Below are positions 9,101 through 16,094 of a stretch of 25,753 bases of DNA, in pieces. Under the pieces are notes generated by a model, which worked only from the letters and a program-made list of their open reading frames with translations, was not told where the DNA came from and did no database searches. Source of the stretch: a virus (taxonomy: Duplodnaviria > Caudoviricetes); the IMG/VR virus record IMGVR_UViG_3300048577_000532, positions 1-25,753 of that record; one strand, written 5' to 3'. Position 1 is the stretch's first letter; every line of letters starts with the position of its first letter. A program made the translations under genes and the position numbers.

Positions 9101-12100
9101 ATGCCCGCGCGCTTTTTCGCCAGCTCCTTGCGGGCATCCTCGCCGACGTAGGCGTCCAGGTCGGCCGCGCTCATGCCGCCGGCCGCCGCGGCCGCGTCCA
9201 TGGCCTTGCAGGCCGGCAGGGTTTCCGTTTCCCGCCGCGCCTCGGCCTCAAAGGCCTTCTGTCCGCCCAAGGCCTGGACGTAGGCCCCGACGTAGCGGCG
9301 AAGGCGCCGGTCCCGGGCCGATTCCTGCGCGGCTTGAATCTTCTTTTCGTAGGCCGCCTTTTCTTCCCGCGCCATCTGCTCGGCCGTGGTGAAGAACGGC
9401 TGGGCCGCCTCGTGCATGGCCTCGACCTCGGCTATCTCCTGGTCCGTGGCGAAGAGGCGGTCGAACAGGCCGGCGAGCTTGGCCGAGGGCTTGGAACCGA
9501 GCCTAGCCAGGCTCCCGTAAATCTGCCGCAGCCAGGCCGCGAAGCGCTGGAAGACACCTTGCAGCCGGCGCGACGGGGCTTTGCCTCCCAGGAAATAGGC
9601 CTCGAGGGACCTGGCCCATTTCTCGTGGGCCGCCTCGTCGATTTCGCCGTCGTCCTGGATGCCCAGCTCCGCTTTGACCGCCTGCCACTCTTCCTTCAGG
9701 CGCGGGTCGGCCGCCTCGGCCGTGGCCAGGGCGCGGGTGAATTCCAGGAAGACGTGCCCGGACTCGTGCAGGAAGGTGCTTTCGTTGGCCGTCTCGAAGA
9801 GGGCGAGGATGTTCCCGGCGCGGTCGAAGGCCCCGCGGGGTCCTTGTCCGAGACCGCCCTGATAGAGGGCATCGACGATGCTGATGGCCTGGTCGTCGAA
9901 GATGACGTAGTTGTACGAGCCCCTGCCTGGTCGGCGGCTGCCCTGGTCGAGGTAGCGTATCCCCTTGATGCCGAGGCTGTTCAGGTGCCGCGAGGCGTTC
10001 TCCCGCGACCCGCGCGTCTTCTCCAACGCCCTGTAGAACGTGCTGCCGCTGTCTGTTGCCTCGAAGGTCCCGTATTCCAATCCGAGGGCGCGCAGAGCGG
10101 AAGCGAGCTGCCGCTTTCCGTTGTCCTTCGGGCGGAGGTAGCCCTCCTCTTTCAGGAAGGCCTTGATGGCGTTCTGGACCTTCGGAGGTTGCGCGGCGAA
10201 AGGCTTGTCCCAATCCAACATCGTGTCGTCTTCGGGGATTTCCGCCTCGAAGACTCGCCCCTGAACGGCCTTGATGCCCTTCTTTGATTTGATGGACATG
10301 GCCGTGTCGTACATTTTCTGCCAGTAGGCGACGCCGCCCTGTTCCTTCGCCCAGGGCTTGCCCTCCTTTGCCGCCTCAAGGCCTTCCTTGCCGACGCGTC
10401 GGGCGGTCGTGACGCCATCGTGAAACGCAAGGTTTATTGCATGGGCCTCCGGTCCGGACCGGCCTTTGTAAACCTCGCCATTCCACGTGTAGGTATAATC
10501 CGCGGTTCCCCGGCTCAGCTTGTCGCGGTAGAAGTCGGCGACTTCCTTCCGGCCGGCGAAATAGAGCCCCCAGCCATAGGATTGGGCACCTTCGCCGGTT
10601 CCGACATGCTCAAGGCTGAACGAATCGAAGTCGTAAGGGGTGCCGTGGAAAGCCCGCTGGAACAGCCGGCTGCCGCTGTCCTTCAGCCGGCGCCAGCCGG
10701 TGCCCAGGCTCTTCAGTTTCTCGACCAGGTCCGAGTCGGTCGAGCCCTCGGGCATGAGGCCCATGCCGACCAGCTCAGCGTTGGCCTCATCGATGGGCAG
10801 GCCGCCCGCCTTGAACAGGGACGGGCCGAAGGCGCGGGTGAGTTCCTTGTACTCGCCTGGGTAGTCGGCGCGCAGGCTCTTGCCGCTGATGCGGCCCCAA
10901 ACAGATTCCAGGATGGGATGAAATTCGCGGGGGGACTTGAGCTGTGAGGCGTAGTAGTCGGCGAGAGCTTCAGCCTCGTCCTCGGGCACTACATGGACGA
11001 GAGATAGGTCCCATTCTTTGAGGGCATGGTCGACCGTTTCCGGGTCTTCGCCCTCGGCAACTAGCTGCTCGGCGACTCTGAGGACGGTGTCGTCTCGGAC
11101 GAAGATTTCATCTTCACCCGCTTCTCGTAGTCTTTGCCGTATATGATCCGCAACAGAGCCTGCACCCTCGTCGCGGATTGACGGATGCTCTCCGGGCTGC
11201 CCAGCGGGTACTTCAGCGGATTCAGCTTGTTGGCCATGGCTGTCGGGCTCCTCGGGGGTAGTTTTTACCTCGTTTGGGCCGGGAGCGGAAGGCGTCCGCT
11301 TCTGCGCCACCAGGGCCGGAGTGGCAGGCGCGGGCGCGGTGCCCGTCTCCGCCCTCGCGGCCGGCTCATTTCCCGCCATCCTCGGGGCGGCTTCCACCGG
11401 CCCCTGCGGCCCGGCCAGCTCGGGCCATGCCGCCTCGAAGGCCTTGAGCGGCGAGCCCTCGAATTGCTGGTCCAGGTATCCCCGCCTGGCCATGGTGCCG
11501 AAGAAGGCGGACCAGACGGCCGCGTCGCTCCCGGCGGTCCGGGTGGCCCGGCCCAGGGCCTCGCGTTGCGTCCGGACCGTCTCGTAAATCTGGCGCGTTT
11601 CGGCCTCGATCCGGTCTTCGGCCTGGCGGTCGGCGGCGGCCGCATCCACGATGCGCCGGGTTTCCTCGGCCTGGGTTTTCAGCCAGTCGGCGCGCTCGCG
11701 CAGGGTCATGGACTCGGGCCGCAGGCGGATGTCGTCCTTGAGCGCGGCGTCCAGCGGGGTATTGACGGCCACGGCCAGGTACTTCGCCAGGGGAATTGTC
11801 ACGTCGCCCCCGGTGCCCACGGCCTCGGTCACCTGGTCCGGAGTGATGCCGAATTGCCCCAACACGTCCTCGTAGGCCCCGGATTCCGAAGTAGCCGCCT
11901 GCTGGAAAAGAGCGCCGTCGATGTGGATGTCCCGGGGGGCCTCCGGATGCCCCTCGAGCTGCATGGCCAGCGCCTGCTCGAACTTCGCCGGGCTGCGCTC
12001 GCGCAAGGGGTTGCCGGCGGCCATCTGCCGCAGGCCGTCCAGATAGCCGGCCTCGTCCTCGGCGGCCGCGGCGTTCCCGGCCTCCTGGACCGCGCGCTTG

Positions 12101-13422
12101 ATGTCGGCCACGCCCCGGCTGCGGGCGCTGTCCGTGAGACGGAAGGGAACCTGGACCGTGGCCACGGCGCCGGGCACCAGCGTGCCCACGATGCCGCCGA
12201 CCAGGCCCTGATAGAGGGTGTCCGGGCTTGCGGCGATGTCCGGGGTGGCCGCCAGGAACTCCCGGGCCAGCTGCCGGGCGGTCAGCTTGGGGTTGGCCGC
12301 CAGGATGTCCGCGAAGGCGTCCGGGAAGGCCTGGAGGTATTCCTCCACGAAGTTGCTTGCGAAGGCCTCGACGAGAGGCATGGCCACGCCGGAGCGCTTC
12401 ATCAGCTTGGCCACGGCGCCGAACTGCAGCACGTTGCCGGCGTATTCGAGCGGGGCCTGGCCCAGGGCCGAGAGGAAGGCCGCCTTGCGCGCCGTGGCCT
12501 CGTCAGCGCCGCCTGCCCGCAGCTCCTTGTACTTGGCGCCGGACATCTGGGTGTAGGCGTCCGCCGTGCCGATGACCGGCCCGCCGAAGGCCGAGGACAG
12601 CATCATGGGCAGGGAGCCGGACAAGCCCCGGGCGATGTCCTCCACGATGCCGGAAGACGCGGCCGCGAGGTCGGGGTCCATCTGCAACGCAGGCGTAGCG
12701 GCGATGTCCTCAAAGCGTTTCACATAGCGGGCGTTGTGCTCCCTGGCCGCCTGGGTTTCGGCCTCCTCTTGGGGCATGCCCTGGGCCAGGTTCGTGTTGA
12801 CCAGGTCCCAATAGATGGTGTTTGCGTCCCGGTCCTCGCCCTCGATGGCCGGCATGGGTCCGGAGGCCAGGCGCCGCTGGTAGGCCTGAACGTCGGCGTA
12901 GTCCGCAAACTCTGCCTTCTCCTGGATCGCCGCGCCGGCCGCGCGGTCCGAGAGCGCCTGCAAAAAGGACTGGCCCGTGGCCCGCAGGAAGCGCTCGAAC
13001 GTCAACTCGGGCTTGCGCGGCGCAGCCTGCTGCTGCCGTTCCATGTCCGCCAGGGCGGCGGCCGCGTCCCGGGCCAGCTCCATGTTTCCGGGCGAGGTCA
13101 GGAATCGCGCGGTGGCCGGGGCCTCGCGCTCGATCACCCGCAGGCGTTGCGCCTCGGCATACTTCTCGGCCCGGTCCGGGTCGGCCTGGACGATCTTTGC
13201 CGGCAACCCGGTCGCGGCCGTCAGGTCCTGATTGCGCCTGGCCTGGTCCGGCGAGAGCGTGGCCGCCTTGGCCACTGCCGGCAGCGAGGGGCCGGGCCGG
13301 CTCGGCGCCGGGCTGGCCCCGCTTGCGGCAAAGACCGCGTCCATGCTCCCCGGCTTCGGCGCAGGCTGGTCTTGCCTCGTCCCCAGCGCCTCCCGGAAAA
13401 CGTCGTCCATGGTGGGCATCAC
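6136..13422 (-). CDS. Giant internal virion/ejection protein (T7 gp16 position), large polyvalent protein
   Basis: 2428 aa and last of three post-tail genes. Contains an ART-like segment (FHGT...GTGEGAQSYGWGLYFA...GIRYLD...NYVIFD, aa ~922-1188), a zincin-like TFLHESGH (HESGH at aa 1219-1223) with downstream HEKWARSLEAY, and a C-terminal region with GGYFPV and hydrophobic helices. Confidence 0.8.
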   Translation of the reverse strand: MMPTMDDVFREALGTRQDQPAPKPGSMDAVFAASGASPAPSRPGPSLPAVAKAATLSPDQARRNQDLTAATGLPAKIVQADPDRAEKYAEAQRLRVIEREAPATARFLTSPGNMELARDAAAALADMERQQQAAPRKPELTFERFLRATGQSFLQALSDRAAGAAIQEKAEFADYADVQAYQRRLASGPMPAIEGEDRDANTIYWDLVNTNLAQGMPQEEAETQAAREHNARYVKRFEDIAATPALQMDPDLAAASSGIVEDIARGLSGSLPMMLSSAFGGPVIGTADAYTQMSGAKYKELRAGGADEATARKAAFLSALGQAPLEYAGNVLQFGAVAKLMKRSGVAMPLVEAFASNFVEEYLQAFPDAFADILAANPKLTARQLAREFLAATPDIAASPDTLYQGLVGGIVGTLVPGAVATVQVPFRLTDSARSRGVADIKRAVQEAGNAAAAEDEAGYLDGLRQMAAGNPLRERSPAKFEQALAMQLEGHPEAPRDIHIDGALFQQAATSESGAYEDVLGQFGITPDQVTEAVGTGGDVTIPLAKYLAVAVNTPLDAALKDDIRLRPESMTLRERADWLKTQAEETRRIVDAAAADRQAEDRIEAETRQIYETVRTQREALGRATRTAGSDAAVWSAFFGTMARRGYLDQQFEGSPLKAFEAAWPELAGPQGPVEAAPRMAGNEPAARAETGTAPAPATPALVAQKRTPSAPGPNEVKTTPEEPDSHGQQAESAEVPAGQPGEHPSIRDEGAGSVADHIRQRLREAGEDEIFVRDDTVLRVAEQLVAEGEDPETVDHALKEWDLSLVHVVPEDEAEALADYYASQLKSPREFHPILESVWGRISGKSLRADYPGEYKELTRAFGPSLFKAGGLPIDEANAELVGMGLMPEGSTDSDLVEKLKSLGTGWRRLKDSGSRLFQRAFHGTPYDFDSFSLEHVGTGEGAQSYGWGLYFAGRKEVADFYRDKLSRGTADYTYTWNGEVYKGRSGPEAHAINLAFHDGVTTARRVGKEGLEAAKEGKPWAKEQGGVAYWQKMYDTAMSIKSKKGIKAVQGRVFEAEIPEDDTMLDWDKPFAAQPPKVQNAIKAFLKEEGYLRPKDNGKRQLASALRALGLEYGTFEATDSGSTFYRALEKTRGSRENASRHLNSLGIKGIRYLDQGSRRPGRGSYNYVIFDDQAISIVDALYQGGLGQGPRGAFDRAGNILALFETANESTFLHESGHVFLEFTRALATAEAADPRLKEEWQAVKAELGIQDDGEIDEAAHEKWARSLEAYFLGGKAPSRRLQGVFQRFAAWLRQIYGSLARLGSKPSAKLAGLFDRLFATDQEIAEVEAMHEAAQPFFTTAEQMAREEKAAYEKKIQAAQESARDRRLRRYVGAYVQALGGQKAFEAEARRETETLPACKAMDAAAAAGGMSAADLDAYVGEDARKELAKKRAGMVRTNGGEPPDQVARDAGFASVPDMVASILGAEGKTGRIQRRAEELQQAKEAEIRAGLDESTLPSAEEDYHTDERLAVLAAEFEMLRAARRRKAGLTQARARRMEGDAVREVARQVLAGKSVSDARRADRFSQAEIRAGKLARQARDAGSLEKAMEFKRREMLNHALVLESMRVREEIDAGVRKVRQSLASKVMYQEARDLIRNIGVRFGFAPRPPGMSHEDFLRAYNAYSAQADAQGTPRRAIDFTAWERLSGEKGYSVALPDLVTDRSNAQQFGDLSVQNFRDVLTAIDQIAAVDRQERFVKSEGEYRRREEVVRELTAQLAATFAPGKPGGRHERASSRLHKVLSALKGADASMVKMEVLFRAIDGDDLGPWHKHLFSPTAQSEEAEAERCAEASVNLAGLMARHYSPAERAAMFRKRVLVPECGESFTRAQLLRLALDMGNQGNYSRRRDGTTLPDGAPWTDKQMEAVKARLDKRDWDFVQAVWNYIDTFRTEAFALEREMTGREPERVMPEPVETRFGTYAGGYFPVVIDPSESDIQAERSEVEQALLYGTKKYSQVMTKHSYLKERKATAGGQPLSVELSDITRHVFGVIHDLSHRERLVNVGKILRDREFKAAAGRHLGKELADQLLPWAKDIANLPYEPHAWPERVFRSLRIGTTVVSLGKIGVGLQQAAGLTQSVAVLKGQSWRLLKRLPGYFTVKPFLDDLRRANESSAFMRTRITHATREANETFQSVSMGGRLLRKPGEWMFRFIGATQKMTVDVLTWSAAYDAGLARDQDHARAVQYADHVVRVSQGGGGLKDLSALQRSKSEFVKATTMFYSFLSTAYNLMTKPLRGRRIDFAEFALTTTMLALLGPSLAELLSGRPPEDDEEWDKWAAMNSLRFGLGMLPFVRDVASPVVSEFGGYKLTPVEGTIASATRLVSLASKGELLTDKAVSPALTLTGAWLKLPTRQLEISARGAFDLLAGDPDFEPRDLIFRRSEN

Positions 13423-15119
13423 TTCGCCCCCTGGTAGGCTTTGTATTCGTCGGTCCGGAGATAGCGGCCGTCGGCGTAGATGCTCTTCAGCTGCTCGTCG
13501 GTCAGGCTGATGCCCCGCCGCTCGGCCTCCCCGCGCAAGAAGGCGGCGTCCTTCTTGGGGATGTCGCCGATTTCCACGCTGTGCATTTTGAACTGGCGCA
13601 CGGTGTCGTCGAAGAGGAAATCCGCGTCATACACGCGCTTCACCGCCTGGCGGTCGGCCTCCTCCTGGATTTCCTCGTCGCCGGGGTTCTGGCCGTGCTT
13701 GGCGCGGTACTCGCCGACGAAGCTCTTCAGCGTGCGGTTGAACAAGGTCCGGTCTTCGGCCTTCTCAAGCCCCAAGTCCTTGAGCGAGGCATCGACCTCG
13801 GCCAGCTTGCGCGCCACCCGGGCGCCGGCCGCGTCCTCGCCCATCTTGGCCAGGTCCTTCAAATCCTCGCGGCCGATCTTCAGCAGATACTTGCTCTGAA
13901 AGGCCTTGGCGTTGAACGCCCGCGCGCTCCCGACCTCGTTCATGGCCTCGGCATAGGCCTCCGGGTCCGTGACCACGTCCCGGCCACTCAAGGCCTGGTC
14001 CACGATGCGCCGGGCCGAGGTGCGCGTCCCCAAGTCGCCGATCTGCTCCACCCTGGCCCGGTACTTCTTCAGGCCCTCCAGGTCCTGGGCCGCCAGGAGC
14101 TTCTGCACGTTCTCGTCGACCAGCAGCACGGCGTCGTGCCGGGCCTCCTCGCGCTCCTTCTTGTGCGCAGAATAAAAACTCTCGACCCAGCCCATGATCT
14201 TGCGCTCGGCCCCGGCGTCGCCTTGGGCCGCCTTCTTCACCGCGCCGGCATAGGTGGCGAAGTCCGCGCCCCGGCCGTGCTCCTGCATGATCCTGCTGGC
14301 CGCGTCGTAGGCCTCCTGGTCGGCCGTGGCGCTCCGGAGCGCGTCCTTGATCCTGGTCTGCGCCTCGCCCGAAATGCCGTCGGCATGGGCCTCCAGGTAA
14401 GCCCGGGCGGCCTTGGGGCTGGCCATGAGCATGTCGGCCAGGATGCGCTGATGAAACTTCGTCGTCTCGTCCTTCACCAGGCTGTCCAGGACCTCGGGCG
14501 AATGGCCGTCGTCCGCGTACATCCTGCGCACGTTCGCCGAGAGCTTGCCGGCCATGGCGTCCAGCCCGGCCCAGGGGGTTGCGTCGCCGTGCGCGAACAG
14601 CTCCACGGCCGCCGGGGCCTGGTCGCGCTGGGCCGCGTCGGTGATCTGCTGGGATTCGGCCAGGAGCGTCGATTTCTGGAAGGTCTTCAGCTGCTGCGTC
14701 TGCCAGTCCGCGGCCCAGGAGCCGTAGGCGTTCTGCAGCTGGGAAAAGGAGGCGTCGAAGAGCGCGCGCTGCCGCTCGTTTGAGAGCTGGCCCGAGGCCT
14801 GGTCCCGCCGGTCCTGGAAATAGGCGCCCGTCTCGTCGAAGACCTGCAAGCCCGCCTGGCCGAGCTTGCCTTGCTCGACGCCCATCTTGTAGGAAAGCGC
14901 GGCCTCGCGCTCCTGGTTCATGACCTGGCGGACTTGGGCCTCGTCCTCGATGTCGCGCTCCCGCCGGGCCTGGTCCAGGAGCACGTCGGAAAGCTGGCCG
15001 AGAGCAGCGCCGAAATCGCGCATGCCGGCGCCCACGGGCACGGCCTGGGCCGCGGGAATGCGGACCTCGGGAATCTCCCGTTGCGGGGCGTTTGAAACGT
15101 AGCGTTGGACTTTGGGCAT
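13419..15119 (-). CDS. Internal virion/ejection protein (T7 gp15 position)
   Basis: 566 aa, helical, MPKVQRY N-terminus typical of this slot. Overlaps the giant gene by 4 nt. The call rests mainly on synteny. Confidence 0.65.
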   Translation of the reverse strand: MPKVQRYVSNAPQREIPEVRIPAAQAVPVGAGMRDFGAALGQLSDVLLDQARRERDIEDEAQVRQVMNQEREAALSYKMGVEQGKLGQAGLQVFDETGAYFQDRRDQASGQLSNERQRALFDASFSQLQNAYGSWAADWQTQQLKTFQKSTLLAESQQITDAAQRDQAPAAVELFAHGDATPWAGLDAMAGKLSANVRRMYADDGHSPEVLDSLVKDETTKFHQRILADMLMASPKAARAYLEAHADGISGEAQTRIKDALRSATADQEAYDAASRIMQEHGRGADFATYAGAVKKAAQGDAGAERKIMGWVESFYSAHKKEREEARHDAVLLVDENVQKLLAAQDLEGLKKYRARVEQIGDLGTRTSARRIVDQALSGRDVVTDPEAYAEAMNEVGSARAFNAKAFQSKYLLKIGREDLKDLAKMGEDAAGARVARKLAEVDASLKDLGLEKAEDRTLFNRTLKSFVGEYRAKHGQNPGDEEIQEEADRQAVKRVYDADFLFDDTVRQFKMHSVEIGDIPKKDAAFLRGEAERRGISLTDEQLKSIYADGRYLRTDEYKAYQGAK

Positions 15120-15145
15120 GTTCGACTCGCATCACCGTTGCCGGT

Positions 15146-15625
15146 TCACTTGAAATAGCTGCTGTACGCCCCCATGGTCTTCGATGCGCCGCTGAGCAGG
15201 GTCGAGGCCGTGTTCCAGTAGCCGCTCGAAATCGCGCTCCTGGCCTGCATGCCGTAGATCGAGCCCTGCGTGCGCTGCGCCCAGGCGTTGGTCTTGTAGT
15301 TCTGCCGGATGATCTGCGCGTCGAGCTCGCCTTGCTCGGCCGTGTCCGCGAGCACGTCGGCGGCCGAATCCTGGTCCACGATGACGCCTGAGGCGGCCAG
15401 GCCCGCGCGCTGCTGGCCCTTGATCTGGGCCACCCGGTTGCGCTGGCGCTGCATCTCGGTGCGGCCCTGCTGCTCGGTGAGCGCGGCCGAGGCGTTGGCG
15501 GCATTCTGGTTGGCCTTGGCCACGGCCGCGGTCTGCGAGGCCTGCACGGCGCTGCCGACGGTGCTTGTGGCCGTGGCCGCGGCCATGGCCGCGATGGAAC
15601 CCACGGCCAGAGCGGTCATTCCCAT
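15146..15625 (-). CDS. Small internal virion protein (T7 gp14-like)
   Basis: 159 aa, Ala/Gln-rich, hydrophobic N-terminus, GQQRAGLAASGVIVD motif, and expected position. Confidence 0.75.
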   Translation of the reverse strand: MGMTALAVGSIAAMAAATATSTVGSAVQASQTAAVAKANQNAANASAALTEQQGRTEMQRQRNRVAQIKGQQRAGLAASGVIVDQDSAADVLADTAEQGELDAQIIRQNYKTNAWAQRTQGSIYGMQARSAISSGYWNTASTLLSGASKTMGAYSSYFK

Positions 15626-15626
15626 C

Positions 15627-16094
15627 TCAGTCCCTCCTCATCCAGAAGCGGTAGAACGGCGCGCCCATGCGGCCCATGGCCACCGGCGCGCCGTCCAGGG
15701 TGAAGCCGCACCACCTGAGCCAGGCGATGCAGCGCGAATACTCGGCGTCCACGTAGTTCTCGAGCACGGGGAACAGGGAAAGCATGTAGTGGGCGAAGGT
15801 CCGGGAGTGGCGGGCGAAGGACAGCCAAATGCGGTCCACGAGGGCCGACGAGAGCAGCCAGGGCACGCCCACGTCCGAAACCAGAGAGCGGTAGGCCACC
15901 CCGAACATGGCCGCGACCTCGCCGCCGCACAGGACCGTCCAGGCCGCCCGGGAGGCGGTGAGCGACTGGCGCAGCAGCTCGCGCGGCAGCAGCGCCGAGA
16001 CGCGCATCTCGGCCAGGACCTCCGGGCGCAGCCGGGGCGCCAGCTCCTCCACGTGCCCGGGCCGGGCCTGGACGACGCCGACGCTAGCCGCCAA
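15627..16094 (-). CDS. GNAT-fold phage virion-assembly protein (T7 gp13-like)
   Basis: 155 aa with AMFGV...GVPWLL...LENYVDAEYSRCIAWLRWCGF pattern. Lies between tail tubular protein B and the internal proteins. Confidence 0.75.
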   Translation of the reverse strand: MAASVGVVQARPGHVEELAPRLRPEVLAEMRVSALLPRELLRQSLTASRAAWTVLCGGEVAAMFGVAYRSLVSDVGVPWLLSSALVDRIWLSFARHSRTFAHYMLSLFPVLENYVDAEYSRCIAWLRWCGFTLDGAPVAMGRMGAPFYRFWMRRD

